Assembly (NCBI GenBank): GCA_951406725.2
Contig: OX597814.1
Location: 137,392,001 to 137,456,000, forward strand
DNA from: Octopus vulgaris
Taxonomy: Eukaryota
Length of the DNA: 64,000 nucleotides
Direction: 5' to 3'
The notes under the pieces were generated by a model. It saw only the letters and a list, made by a program, of their open reading frames with translations. It searched no databases and had not been told where the DNA came from. Position numbers and translations under genes: made by a program. Shown here in pieces: positions 26,591 through 42,500 of the stretch. Positions within the stretch are counted from its first letter, which is position 1. Each line of letters starts with the position of its first letter.

Positions 26591-29145
26591 TTGCTGAGCA
26601 GAAGCTGTTTTAATGATGTTGGAGGAGACATCAAAAATATAGCACATTGAAGAATCATGTGAATGTCAACAAACCTATTTCTCTAACAGAACTGTCACCC
26701 ATTCTATAAAACAATGAGATAAAAGTAGTCCAATTGTTATTATTTCTTATGTGACCTTTAAAACATGCTGAATAGATAAACAACTCAAATTTTGGTTTTG
26801 TGAAGATAAAATATTTTTACGCAGAAAGAAAAGTTGAATAACTAGAATGATTGCACAGAGTGTTTTTTTTTTGTGCACCTTCCCCTAATTATGCACATTT
26901 TTATTAAACTTAGAATTGAATTGATTTATTCTGTTAAAAGCCCTTCTAATATATAGAGTTGAGAAACATGCAATAGTTAATGGTGTACTATAATATCTGA
27001 CCATAGGAACATCTCATATGACCTGCATCATGCATTTGCTATGCTCTAATCTAACTTGAGACTGTCATACATTTGTTAGTGAGTTATGTTAACTGTTCCA
27101 TCTTTTAACTTGCCATAGTAGCATGACCGTCCCAATTTCATTATTTCAGCATTGACTTCTGCAATATATTTGTTCCCTTTTTCAAGATGGCAAAAATTGG
27201 GCTGATAAAAATTTAGCAGTTATTTCTATCAGGTAGGGTCACAGCTTAGATATTTCTCATTAGCCTGCTTGTTAAGCTTACTATAATAGCTAGGAGGAGA
27301 ACAATCTAAAATATGTGGGTAAGTTGGATATTATATTAAGGAATAACTTATGATTTTAATTTTCATTTTAAGATCAGGGTTTGCATTCATAATTTTGGAG
27401 TGGTGAAGGATTAAAGTGCTAGGCTATGAATCTGCATATAAATTTGTAACCTTAATTATTCAGCCAGTTGTGTTCACATCACAGTAAATAGCTAATTTTC
27501 ACTATATAATATCAACAAATCTGTAGACATTTTGTGACATTAGTTTGAGCCAAATAATTGTTATTATAAGTTAGTCATAAAATTGAAGAGTAGTGTCTGT
27601 CTATGATCTTTGCAGACTCTATGGCAGCTGGTGAGCTTGATGCAGTTGATTTTTAGATCAATGATTATGTGAATGAGGAAGGAATTACAGAGGATTGCAT
27701 TCCTGGGGAGGGAAAAGCAGGAGTAAATCAGAGTGCAGTTTTGGGAGATAGGATTAAAAAAAAGTCCTTAGTGTAGAATCTGGGATATGAGACTCAATGA
27801 AGGTGTTGGAAGAAGGTATGTGTAGTGGGAAAGGTGTAGCAAAAGATGTTGAGGTAGCAGATGAAATAAGCATGAGGATGACATCAAAGTAAAACAATGA
27901 GAAAGCATTGGATTGTGGTTTAAATAATTTATTTAAATGACTTGCATTTACTTGTTGTATACACCAAAAAATTCACTACATGATGTTATCAACTTGCTTT
28001 GAGTTGGCAAAGAAGAAAATAAACAGGGGAAATATTGTGTCGATAAGATGAGGTGGAACTGGGCATGTTTTGTGTCTGTATGTGCATTGATCATTCAGTG
28101 GTGTCTGTTTATGTTCTGCAACTGCTACTGTGTTGAGTCGTTCATGCTGAATATGTGGTTCTCTGTTGGCTGCTTAACTGGTGGAAGGCTGTCTCTTGAC
28201 AGTTTGCCTGGTGATGGCTCTCTGCCTCTGTTGTATGTCTGCCTGTATTTATAATGGTCATGACAGCTAGAAAGACAAACATGCCACAGGAGTAATTCCT
28301 ACCTATGTAGATCACCTCCTGTCCACTTGAACCTTAAATGACACAGCTCGGGTTGTAGGTCGAAGGGAAAACAATCCATCACTTTTTGACAGGACAAAGA
28401 AATTTCTTTCATGCCTGTTTGGTCAATGGTGGATCAGACGTGCGAGAATCCTTAGATTCAGTTTCAAATCTCAGCTTGGAAAAAGGAAGTGTTAGTTTTT
28501 ACATATGGTTGAAGAAAGTATGCTGCTAGTTATTTCACAAGAGCAAAGACTGTTGTAGTATTGATGGAAGAGGCAAAGAGAGAAAACCACATGTCTTTGC
28601 ATAAGTGATTGCAGCATATTGTTGAGTAAGTTATCTCCTAATCAGCCAAATAACATCTTGGCTGCAGTCTAAGATATGTGTGCTGTGCAGCGGCACCCTT
28701 TCATTTGTGTGGACAGTATTTTAATATGTATCTCACTTGAGGAGACATCACTGAATCCTGTGGTAAACCAGAGTTGATAATGCATAAATCAGAGAGAGCT
28801 CTATTACATGCTGTAATATTTGTAGACTGACATGAAGCTCTGATCCAGAAAATAAACCATAATTAGGTAACTTACTAAGAGGTCCTCATGCCAACATGAT
28901 TGAAAACTTTACTGATGAGAAATGCAATGACATTGCTTTTACTGAAGTTCTTCAGCGCGAGTAACCACATATGGAACATACTGATGATTCCAATCTTGGA
29001 CTTAATTTAAGTTAGCATTACCAATCGCTCTCTGAGATAGTATATTTTCAATGATTGAAATTTTTTTCCTGAAGTTATGTATTAAATGATTTACTGATTA
29101 TTTGTTCTCTTATGTTAAAAAAGTTCCTTTACTTGATTTCAGAAC

Positions 29146-29285
29146 ATGGCTGGAGAGAATGCTAAATTTAAGTACACGGTTAATAATAACCAGTTACTGA
29201 CTTCACAGCAACGTTCTTTCTATGAAGATAATGGTTTTCTTGTGATAAAGAATCTGGTATCTAAGGAAAATCTTTCACAGTATCA
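29146..29285 (+). CDS. PHYH: PHYH coding exon 1
   Basis: Acceptor TTTCAG ends at 29142, ATG at 29146; [46 protein letters not shown]; donor GTGAGT. Confidence 0.92.
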
Positions 29286-30186
29286 GTGAGTTACCACTTC
29301 ATTTGTTACTATGTATTGTGCTATTAACCTGGTATTTCAAGGAATTATTTTGGCAACAAAAGGCAGTGTGTGTGTGTGTTTGTGCACATTATGTGTGTAC
29401 GATGACAAATTTTTTGAAGCAACTTTCATCACTTATTGTGTTTTAAAATGATAAAGACAAATTATTTTATAAATGAAATATATATTCAATTTATTTTCGA
29501 GCCATCATTATCACCATCATCACTAACATTATCATCATTTTAACATCCACTTTTCCATGCTTGTATGGATCAGACGGAATCCACTGAAGTAGATTTTCTA
29601 TAGCCCAATGCCCTTCATGTTATCAACCTACACCTCTTTCTGAGTAAAGTAATATTTCCCCATGAACAGACATATTTTCATGGAAGATTGGAAATGAATA
29701 ACACTGCTCACACAACACCCTGTTACAATTATCATGTGATGTCAAATCAAGGAGTCACACACATATATACTATACATTGTTGAGCATAATATGATCAGAA
29801 TGTTACTGTTAGTTTCATACTGACTATTGTACTAGGCAATACTGATAACTCTTCAGACATAATGGCTGGAAGCAAATACTGCATTTTATGCTGGAGTATA
29901 TAGAGACGCTGGGTGGCTCAGTGATGGTAAGAAGAAAAGTTACAAACCATAGTGAAAGAATTATAACATTTTCTGAGATGAAAAGAATAGCTATTTGCCG
30001 TGAATTGATGTTTGCCTGTAAGTTGTGTGTGTGTACACATACACACACACGCGCGTGCAAACATTCTTCTCTTGTCCAAAAACAAACATGACCTTGTTGC
30101 CAAAATGAATTTCCACTCATCAGAGCAGTATCTGAATATTTTCCTCTTTGAGTTCATGAAAGCACCAGGGTTGTGTGAATTCATTC

Positions 30187-30231
<45 letters not shown>

Positions 30232-30399
30232 TTTATTATATAGAAGGAGCTTATAAAAATAAAATAAAAAAATAAAAATATATAAAAAAATAAAAAAATA
30301 TAAAAATAAAAAAATAAAAAAATAAAAATAAAAATAAATAAATATTCTCACTTATACCTATACACATATGTATACGTATCTACACACATATATATACTC

Positions 30400-30436
<37 letters not shown>

Positions 30437-30523
30437 TATATACACATATACATACTTACACCTGTATATACATGTACCTACACATCTATACATATCATAT
30501 ATACTCCTACATACAGATACATA

Positions 30524-30584
<61 letters not shown>

Positions 30585-33500
30585 ATACACATATACACAT
30601 ATATACACACACACATACATACACATATATACATATATACACACACATATATACACATACATATATATACACACACACACACACACACATACACACACAC
30701 ATACACACAAACACATACATACGTATACATACATACATACATCCATTCATCCATACTCCATACACGTGCACACACGCACGTGCATCCATATATATACACA
30801 CACACACATATATATACACGTGCATATACATATATATACATATATATATATATTTTTTTATATATATATTTTTTTTATATATATTTTTATTTTTTCAACC
30901 CGGGACCTACACATATATATATATATATATATATATATCATCATCATCATCATCATCATTGTTCAATGTCCTCCTTCCATGCTGGTATGGGTTGGACGGT
31001 TTGACAGAAGCTGGCCATGCTTTTGAGTCTGTTATGGCATGGTTTTTACAGCGGGATAGCCTTCTTAACACAAACCACTCTGCAGAGAGTGAGCTGAGTA
31101 CTTTTTACGTGTCACACAGTTTTGACATGGCTTTTACAGCTGGATGCTCTTCCAAATGCCAACCACTTTACAGTGTGGACTGGGTGCTTTTTAAGTAGCA
31201 CCTGAACTAGCAAGATCACCAAGTAATTTTGCAAGACAAGGCATCCTTGAGAGGGGCGGAGGGCACTGGAGGAGGTGATCTTGTGTTAGATGATGAATAG
31301 TTAGAGTGTGACAAAGAGACAGAAACAAATGTCTTGCTGTTGAGGAGGTACATGGTTACCCAGTCAGAGGGAGAGGGGGAGAGAGAGGAAAAGAGAGTGA
31401 GAGTTAACAAGAATGAGTGCCTCTGCCCTCATATATATATATATATCTTTTATCTTTTACTTGTCTCAATCATTAGACTGTGGAACGCTGGGGTAGCACC
31501 TTAAGTAATTATAGTCAAATGAATCAACTCCAGTACTTATTTCTTTTTCAGTACTTTTCAGTAGTTTTTTCTCTCTATTCCATCAGCCTCTTTTGCTGAA
31601 CTGCTAAGTTCTAGGAGCATAAACACACCAACACTGGTTTTCAGGTAGTAATGAGGGACAAACACAAACACAAAGACATGTATGCACACACACACACACA
31701 CACACACATGTATACACACACACATACATATGATGTGCTTCTTTCAGTTTCTGTCTTCCCAGTTTCTCTCACAAGATATGGGTTGACCCAAGGCTAGAGA
31801 AAGTGATATTTGTCAATATGTCTGTGTGTGTGTATGTTCAAATATATATATATATATATATCTACTACATACATGGGAAATTCTGTCTGTAGGCGTGTTT
31901 GTTTGCGGAGTTGTTAGCTAATACCTCTTACATTGTTTTATCGATTTTGATGAAACTTGACACGTGAGAACTCATGTCTGGAAACTTCGTGGCATACTCA
32001 GATTGTTGAAAAAAAGTCGATAATGGAAGGGATCCTTATATATTGCATATGTGGGAAATTCTGTCTGTGGGTATGTTTGTTTGTGGAGTCAACTGCACCA
32101 ACTATTTTCTATCATGTTGATGACATGTGACTTGCAAGAACCTCACAAGCTTTGGGCGATCCACAAAACCAGCATGGCAGAGGACATTTTGAAAGGATTC
32201 AAAGGTAAACCTCAGCGGAAATTGCCACGTTCAATAATGCCTTACTTCAATAATGCATTACTTCACCTGGATACCCAAGTGCAAGCAAGGGAGGTCAAGG
32301 CAATTCCACATTTGGTCTGCCTCAACCAGAGCAGGCAGCAAACAATCTCGCAATTGAGTACCTCCGAGAAATCAGCTATGACATCAAGGAAATGAGGGCA
32401 TATTTAGCTGATAAAGAATACAAACTGATGGAGGACCAACTGGGTGTTTATAAAGTCTCTCTTGAGTTAAAGTCATCTTTGGGTGTGTGGGTGGTAATTA
32501 AGGTTCTATGGTTGTTATGGAAAGGAAAGGTATTTTGGAAAAATTGTAATTCATTAAATTTGGAGTTATGTTACTGTTTAGAATTTATTCATGCATGTAG
32601 AACTTTGTAAGCTAGTGTGTATATATTACCCTTTTGTTAGGTAGGTACAAAGTGTGACAGTATCTTTGTTTCTTTTGGTATTGAGCCTTTAGTAATTGTG
32701 TCAACTTTATTTTTCACAAAGGAATGTAGCTAGGTGGTAACTTTAGTCATTTCTTTACTTATTATTATTTAAATTATTACTTATATTCATTTGTAAGGTT
32801 GGCTTGTTATGACTTTGTTAGTATAGAAAGTTGTTTTTCTTGTGCTTTGATGTTCACAAAAGTATGTTTCTTTCTAGGTGTTCATTGTTCTATAAGCAAT
32901 TTGATTAGTATACATGGATTTTAAACTTCTTGTTTTATGGAGGTAGAGCTTATGTGATGTTTGTTTATAAAATTTCTTCAAAGTCTGTTCTAGATATATT
33001 CTACAGTGGGGTAGATATAGAAGGTGTGTATATATTCATGTATAAAAATGGGAACAAAAATATAATATAATTTAATAAAAAAAAGTTAAAGGAAAGAGTT
33101 CTTTTGGTTTGCTTGCATACAAATATATATTTTATGTGTGTGTATGTGTGTGTGTGTGTAGTTATATTAGAAAATCTTTTGTGGGGATTTTGGTTGGAGA
33201 TAGGGAGACTTTTAGATCATTTCTAGAGTACTTGTTTGGTGTAAAAGTGTAAAGTTGTAGGGGTATTTTTTATTTTATGGAGATGGTTTATGGTGTAGGA
33301 GGATGGAGGAGAATTTATGAGATATTAACTGTTAGGAAAGATTATTGGTTTGAAGTGTTTTAGTCTTTTTAAGATTTTGTACCTGCATAAAGACACTAGT
33401 TTGGAGTTTCGGTTTGGGATTTGTTCCATGAATGTTGGAATGTGGTAGGATTCATTTGTACAAAGTTGGCGGGATTTGTTATTCCCTTGGTATAGTTGTG

Positions 33501-36500
33501 TATGTGAAAGTATTTTTTACTTGATGCTAAATAGTGTATTTTTTATTTTAATTACCATATATGTTTGGACTGTGAAGTATCATTTTTCCTGTTTCAGTTG
33601 CACAAAGTTGGTTGTGTCATGTCTTCAACTAGTTTGCTGTAGATCCTATGTATGTAGATATAGTAGTTGGTGCCATGTTTGTGGTTATCATTACTCTATA
33701 TATAATATTTCTTGAGAAAGCAGGATGAAGGTGTTCTACAATTTCAAATGCTATTGTGTATGTGGTTTAGGTTTTCAATTTTAGACAGTTTTCGGTGGTT
33801 GTAGGTCGCTACATTTCTCTCCAAGTGCTTAGTAATGGAATATTTCAATTTTACATTGTTTGTTTATTAGTCTGTAATACTTGTGATTGGAATGGACGTG
33901 TTTCTACATTATTTTTACAAATAATTTAGCTACTGATGTGGAAACTTGTATGTTGAAGGGAGATTATACCAGATAATTTTCCTTATTCTATTTTTATGTA
34001 TTTTATTTATTGTGGGAAAATTTCTGTTTATATATTGCACTTTTTCCTTGTAACTGCTATTATTGAGTGCTTTGTGATATGGAATTGCTATTTCGTTTAG
34101 TATTTTTTCATTTGAAGACAAAGCCGAAAGACTGAGAGATGTGGATTTTATTAGGTTTTTGATGATGCTTTTGGGGTGGTTGGATTATTTATGTATCTAC
34201 TGAACTTTTCATTATCTTTCTTATATGGTTTATAGATACTTGATTCCAGGTCAAGGATAACATCTAGGAAATTGACTGACTTCAGCTGCGTTTCTACTGT
34301 AATTGAGAAGCTCAAGCTTTTGAAGTGATGTAGATCCTTGCTAAATTTGATGTTTTTTATTTATGGGTTGTATTTTCTTAGTAGAAGTAGATGGATGGAA
34401 ATTTGTTTCTGAATTTTTCTAATATATAAAGACCCATGATGTCTCTTGTTTCTGTCAAGTCCTTTGATCCCATGCTTATATCAAATGGTTCTTTAGTGTT
34501 TTTCTTAATCCAGAAAGCATTGTTGTGGAAGAGGAGCAATTTTCTTGTTTACAGTATTGTTTCTATTTTGGTGTTGTTTATTGTGGTTATAGTTTTAGCA
34601 AAGTTCAAAGCACCTATAAGAATAGGTTTTGTTATTGATGCATAATAGTCTTTTATGTCAAACTGGAAGAAACGGCACTTGTTTTTGTTTGAGATTTTGT
34701 TGAACAAATGTATTACTTCATAAGTGTTATTCCACTGACATAAAATTGATTTTGCCCTTTGGTTAGAATTTGTCTATGATTTTTTTTACTAATTATGCCT
34801 GTGTTCAGTTTTGAAGAATTCTGAAGTTTGATGGATGGGGTGCTACTAAAGCTTGGTTTGTGATTTTTCATGACTATACACAGGCATTTTGGTGTTAATG
34901 TCTTTATGCTATCATCTATTTAGTGGCTATTATATTGTTTATATCCTTTAAAGCAGCATATTTTGTTTTTAGTGTGTATTGGAGATTGTATTAGAAAGAA
35001 ACTGGTTATATTAGGTTTTACTTATCTGGTAGAGGTTGTTTGTTTTACCTGATTTTACAAATATATTTGAGCTTGCTTTATGTGGTTGATTTTTTGTTTC
35101 AGTTCTTTCTGCAATCTGTTGGTTAATTTGATGAATTTTATTTGCTTGATCATTGCAAATAGGTCATCTTCGAAGGGTTGTAACAATGGTGCAGGGGTGG
35201 GGACATTTGACCATCTTGAATTCATTGTTGTTGAAAGGTTGTTTTCCCTTTTGGTCTTTTCCGCATGTGTCTTTTTATAGGGTTTTCTGTCTTTTGTAGG
35301 AGTGTTTTTTTTTTGGTAATGTTTTTTACTACCACCCATGTGAAATCTAATAACTTTCTTTCCTACATACATGCATGCATGCATACATGCATACATACAT
35401 ACATACATACATACATACATACATACATACGTACATACGTACGTACGTACATACATACATACATACACATACATACCTACATACATACATACATACATAC
35501 ATACACACATACATACATTGCCTCTTAAGACAATGTTACTTTCTTTTGCTTTGGATCAGCCCATACCTTGTGAGAGTGAAACTGGGAAGATGGAAACTGT
35601 ATAGAAGCCTGTCAAATACACTGTATTTGTATTTCAAATGTATAGCCTTGTCACTCATCATGTTATGTGGAATCTGAATCTGCCTGAGAATTACATTAAA
35701 TGCGTGCATGTCTGCAGAATATTCAACCATTTACATGCAAATACAGTAAACTGGTAATTCACTTGATCATACAACTGAATCCTCATTGTTGAAATCAATG
35801 GATATCTACCCACATGTGTGTGTAACAAGCGTCTGCACAGTTTCAATCTAGTTGAATCATGAGGTATTGATCAACATGAAATAATAATAGACATGTAGCA
35901 AAGATGCTGCATAGTAGGGATTAAAACAAAACCCCAAAACCTCATGGTTTCTTAACCATGCAATTATACTTAGTAGATTTATCAAAATATAATTTCAATT
36001 ATATATTTTTTTGTGCATAAATTGTTATTATTGTTGCATTCTTTTTCTTCTATAGAGAAAGATTCAAGCAGTTGTGTACTGGAGAAGCTCCTACACATGG
36101 CATGGACATTATGAAAGATATTGCAGCTGACAGACCAGAATATGTTCCTGGGAAGAAAGCTATTGCTAAACTACAAGGTTTCCAAGACGATGAAGTCTTA
36201 TTTGAATATTGCTGCCTGCCAGAGGTATTTTTAATGGATTAAAGTACATTGTATAGTGTGTACATAACACTGAAATAGAGTCCATTATACTGCTATACAT
36301 TATGGGAATGACTTCTAAACATTGAAAAGGTTTTCAGGGCTCAAGCTTAGCTTCAGTTTTATGGCTTTTAGTATATAAAATATAGTTTCCCTTGGATAGA
36401 ATGCTGATCTATAGCATGTTACATTTGCAGATGATCCATCACTTGTTCTCAACAGTTAGGTAAACTGAAGTAATGTAGAATAAAATGTTCAGTTCAAAAA

Positions 36501-39500
36501 CACAATAAAACACATTAGATTTTAATTCATGATATATGAGTTCGCCAGTTCACTTATATATAGTACAGTATAATACATGAGCCAATGAGAAAGCCTCCAA
36601 GTGCTTGCATGGTGCAAAAAATATCTACCAAATCTCTCTCAACAGCATCTTAATGAAAGAGCATAAAGGGTAGAGTAATCCTGTTTTCCACTAGAAATAC
36701 AGGATGGCCATTGTATGAATGCTTATCATCATAGGTCTGCTTACTAAAGGCTGACCTGGGGATAAACAATGACTACATAATATACCATACTGTATACTAT
36801 ATGACAAAGAGTTACCGTTCCTATCAGAGAAGTTTGTTGATTTGTAGTACTCCATACAGTACAGAGTACCACAATACACTGTAGTACAGTTCAGTACACT
36901 GCAGTGCATTATTGTTTGGTACAGAATTTTGTTATTGATGATCAAGAGGTTAAATATCAGCAGTCAATATGGCATGTACACGTAGAGTACATTGCTAGCT
37001 GTTGTAGTGTATTACAACAGATAGCAGTGTACTTTATATGTACATGACATGTTGAACCAAGACAGTGTTTATGAGATGAGGAAACATGATGACCCTGTGA
37101 GAGGACTAACACAAGAGGGGTACTGTTGTGCAGTAAAGGCAGTGGAAGTTGGTGCACTAGGACTTGTTGTAGGGTCCATATGCCTATTACTAGGTCAGCT
37201 CAGAATCAAGCGTCACAAAAGAATAGCAACAATGAAGCACCTGTCAGAGACATCAGAGAAGAGCTCAATGTGGCTATGAGCAAAAAGAAATGATATTTGC
37301 AGCTGATAAGGAATAAAGAAAGCCACTAAACATAGGCGGAAGGAGACCCAGTTTGAAACAGTGCAAGTCCTTGCAGTGATCTTTGTGGCTGAGTGATAAG
37401 ATCACCCAAAGGTTCTGTGTTCAGTCCCCACTAAAGCTGGCATTTAAATAATAGTAAGAGTACACCTAGGAGTCACTACCTAGGTGGGTCCAGCTCCCTT
37501 AAAGTGTCAGGAACGAATAGGCCAAAATGCTTGTTTGATGGGACTTCTTCCACTGAAGATTTCTCCTGCAGTCTGCTTGCCTCATAGCAAGTTTCTATTT
37601 ACAATACTCAAACTTTCTCTAGGTATTATTTTGTTGACTATAGGACAGTGTATTGTACAAATCAGGGCAGCATACAAACTATGTAGCTATCACTTTCTGG
37701 GTGACCCATATTACATAGTGCCTCCCATTCCATCATTTCAAATTAAATTGTGTAAATTGTTTCTGAATTTTGACTATTTCATCTCCAAAGGATAATTCAT
37801 AAAATCTTATTGTTTAAATTAGAATACTGCAAATAGTGTTGGTAGTATAGTGAATTCCAAATAGAATAGTATAATATTATTATGTGGTTACAATCAGTAC
37901 ATACTGGACAATACATTATAAGTGTATAAAACAATAAAGTAAAGTAAAAATTTATATAAAGAAAGATTACTGTAGGGCAATAAATTATACTGCTAATATT
38001 TTTTTTTTGTTCCTTTCAGATTGTAAAATACACTGAGTCAATTATTGGCTCTAACATAATGGCAATGCACACCATGTTTATCAATAAACCGCCTGATTCA
38101 GGTATAGCTTATTAAAATCTTTTCCCTTTTAATTGGAAACAGAAGCAGTTCTGACAGTCTCTTTCTATCTTATCCTCTTCTCCTGTTTTACATGTATTTA
38201 GCATGTCTGAGATGGTTTGGTGTTTACAGCTTCTAATATTTGCATATTTTGGAGTAATTGTTTCAACAACAGAAAGAACTTTCCACTAATCATTTAACTG
38301 TGAAATATGAGTGGCACTCATTGTCCTGTTTTCCAGGGTAGATGAGGCAAACTAAATTAAGTTCCCAAACCCCCAAAAGCGAAACAACTGTTTAGTAGTA
38401 ATGTTTGACCTCAGTTCAGTAATTAAGAAACTCATCTCACAGACATTATATCTCTTTTTTTAAGGTGGTGAGCTGGCAGAAATGTGAGCACACCAGGCAA
38501 AATGCTTAGCGATATTTCATCTGCCTTTACATTCTGAGTTCAAATTCCGCCGAGGTCGACTTTGCCTTTCATCCTTTCAGGATTGATAAATTAAGCACTA
38601 GTTGCGTACTGGGGTCGATCTAATCGACTGGCCCCCTCCCAAAAAATTACAGGCCTTGTGCCTAGAGTAGAAAAGATTATATCTCTTTCCTGAAATTACT
38701 TCAAAAAAATCTTGGTGGTAGATATGATGCAGGCATCTAAGAATTTGCCTAGATGCGTTGTAGCATCTTGCTCAGTGCCTTAATATATTAAACTCAAATC
38801 CTCCTGGTAGTTGAGAAATAACCTCAATTTCATTAATATTTCAGTTTGTCACAGCTCTTAGTTCAAATGTTGCATGTGTCTCTATTCTTTTTATTCTCTT
38901 TGGGTATATAAAATTATCATCATCAGTTGTATACTGAGGTTGAGCTATTTGGCTCTACAATAGCTTATCTTTTACAAAATTCTCTGTATGCATGGTAGGA
39001 AGAAAACATTATTTTAAATTAATAAGATTTAGGTAATGGTTTTTACAATGGTATAAGTCTTCACATTCATAAAGGATATATGTGCTTGATTGTATCAACA
39101 TCAATATATTACTGGCATTTTTTTTATAAACCCCAGAATGACAAATGCTATCAGCTCATCCCATCAGTTATGTCTGAAATCTGATATTCCTAAGTTAGAT
39201 AACTGGTGCCTTGTAGCACCAATACTTATTGCCATGGCCTTGTGCAGTTGTCAAGTAGTGATTTATATCATTACAGTATGCATTAGACAATTCCATTACT
39301 ACTCTAATCCTCCTAAAGATGACTGTGTCCATGAAGCATTTAGGGCATTTGATAATTTTTGAGTTCAGAAATGACAATAATGCAGCAGAACCGATCCAAG
39401 ATATGGTATTTATGGAAAATATTGCTTAAATGAAAGAAGATACTTTGAAAGCTTTAGGAAGAATAATTTCAGCTTAAAAGATGCTTTATGAACAGGTCGT

Positions 39501-42500
39501 CCTGTTCAGTTTAACAAAGACCTACCTTTGTTAGAACTTAATTGAAATAATGCTATTACAGTTGAAGAATTAGCACCAAAGCTGAATACAAGCCATTCAA
39601 CAATTCTTAGGCATCTGTAATGGCTTGGAAAGGTGCCTAAACTAGTTCTCCATAATTTGACAGTAAAACAACTTTGCTGCATGAGTAAACATTTGCACTT
39701 CTCTACATTCTTGGGAATGTGCATTGCTATTTTCAAACAGATTAGTGACTGGTGAAGAAAAGTAAATCTTTCACAGGAATGTTAAGCAATGCAGACAATG
39801 GCTTAGTGAAGGTGAAGTGACTAAACCCTAACCCAAATGTGACCTCCATCGAAGAAAAGTTTTGGTTAATATTTAGTGGGATCATGTCAATATGATCCAC
39901 CTTGAGTTGCTACCAGTTAATAAAACAATTACACAAGACATTTCTTATCAATAATTATAATGTTTAAACATTACTTTAAAGGAAAAGGGGCCTACTTTAA
40001 TGATTTTCAAAGGAGTGGTGTGCTATCATGATAATGCCTGGCCCATACAGTAAAGATCACGTTTGAAAAAAATTGTAAACTTCATCTGTGAAAAAATGCC
40101 ACACTCTCCTTAACAGAATTTTGTTCCATCTGATTACCATCTATTCTGAAGATTACAGAATTAACTTGGTGAACCACTTAAAACATGTGAAGAAATGGAA
40201 AAAATCCTTTCTGCATTTTTTTTGTTTTTTTTACAAAACCAAATAATTTTACACAAACGGTATGAAGAAGCATATAAACTACTGGAAGGAGGTCATTGAT
40301 AATGATGGTAATTATGTTAATGAATGAATATTAATAAAATATGAAATTTAGAGATTTTTTTTCTTACTTAATATTTGGAGATTACTTAAGGAGTACCCTG
40401 ATATTTAGTGTGGCACCTTTTTATTTCTAACACTTCACTGCATCTTTAAGGCTTAGTTAAAAAGCTATTTTTGATTAAGTTAACTCAAAGGTTTTTATTC
40501 CAGGTTTAAAAACAACAAGACATCCAATGCACCAAGATTTGCATTATTTCCCATTCAGACCACCTGAGAAAATTGTTTGCTCATGGACACCACTCATAAA
40601 AGTGAACAGAGAGAATGGATGCTTAGTTGTTATTCCAGGCTCCCACAAAAGGCCTTTGCAACCCCATGGATATCCTAATTGGGAGGTAGGCTCTTTTTCT
40701 CTAAGAAATACTTTTATTCACTTTGAAATACAACTTTTCAGTCTCTTTTAAATTTGAGATAGTTGTCAGTTTGAATTACTGGAAGTTAATGTTTGGAGGG
40801 GAAAAGAAGAAAAGAAGGTGTTTTAGAGGGATGTAGTCTTGTGGGGAACCACATCCTGCTAATATTTAATACTTGATTGAAGTGTAGCAGAAACCTTCTC
40901 ATTATAGAAGTATTAAGTATAGAGCTTGGTGTTGTTGAATATATTATGATATGGTGATAGTGGTATACAGTCAGTATGTCTAGAGGAACAGAGATTTTTT
41001 TGTGGAAACAATATTTTTCAACAGACAGCAGATACAGCTTAATAATGAGCCAAACATTCTAGAAAGTGACTAAATATCCAATGACTGGTTGAGAATTTAA
41101 AGAAAAAACTATCCTTTAGTATTTGAAACCAGAATACTGGAATATTTAGTTTGGTCACATTGTAGCAAATTATTTAATAACTAGAGCTTCATTAGTAATG
41201 GTAGTGCAGGGATGATAATTTTTTTGGATTGTATTCTTTTAAATTGTTCGTTAATAAATAGAGCAAGAGATAGTTTCTAGAGATTTTTAGACTCTACTAG
41301 GTGATAGTAATCTTTATTTAATTCAGTCACATTGTCAGATAAATACAAGTCTTTGAATATGACAAAGAAGATATAATCATCATCATCATTGTTTTAGCAT
41401 CCACATAAAAGGCACCATTCGAGTGTGATCGTTACCAGCGTCACCTTACTGTCACTTGAGCCCCGTGCTAGTTGGGTGTTAAGAGCACCATCCGAGCATG
41501 ATCGTTGCCAGAGTGGCTAACTGGCCTCCATGCCAGTGGCATATAAAAGGCATCATTCGAGCATGATCGTTACCAGCATCACCTTACTGGCACCTATGCT
41601 GGTGGCATGTGTAAAAGATTCGAGCAAGGTTGTTGCCAGTACCGCCTGACTGGCCCCGTGCCAGTGGCACGTAAAAGCACCCACTACACTCTTGGACTGG
41701 TTGGCTTTAGGAAGGGCATCCAGCTGTAGAAACTCTGCCAGATCAAGATTGAAGCCTGGTGCAGCCATCTGATTTGCCAGCCCTCAGTCAAATCATCCAA
41801 CCCATGCTAGCATGGAAGCGAACGTTAAACTATGATGATGATGATGATGATTTTCAATGCTTGAAAAAAGAAAGAGCTGGATAACATGATTGATAATGTT
41901 CTTTTGCAGTGTGTTGATTAAATGCACATAAAGCAACATAACCAAGAATCCAGCATACCAGAGCCATGATGACTAAAACAAACTAAAAAAACTAATGTAG
42001 AATATGTTTGTGTTTTATTGCATATTAAATACTTGAATAAGTTTTCATTTGTTAAATCTGTGAATGGTAAGAAAAGTTACACTTATGTTAAGATTTGAAT
42101 GTATAAATGCAAGTAACTTTGTTACTTTAGTATTCCATTCATCCAGCTAAATGTATATGTTAATATTATATGCTTACTTTTTTGTTTTGTTTGTTAAAAT
42201 TCTTTTGAACCAGAATGGTGTGAACAAAATGTACCATGGTATTTTGAACTATAAAATAGAAGATAACAAAATACACTTGGATATGGAACCAGGAGACACT
42301 GTGTTCTTTCATCCATTACTCTTCCATGGGTCTGGACAGAACAGAACAAATCAATTTAGAAAGGTACAGTAACTTTATTGCTTTCCCTTACTATCATTTA
42401 CCCCTCCAACATATCTAACTAAGTTTGTTTGATTAATTTCTTGAGTATCTATTCTGGTAGCTTATAAACTAGTGGAGATAGGAAGTCCAAATACTTTTCA

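Noticed and set aside
27900-29000. Coding-like stretch upstream of the PHYH ATG exon as a PTS2-encoding exon
   Set aside because: No RLx5HL motif with compatible splice sites found by eye; probably a decayed repeat I cannot classify.
30368-31198. Longest ORF in the track (276 aa) and other [12 protein letters not shown] ORFs
   Set aside because: Translations of TA/CA microsatellites, which lack stop codons.
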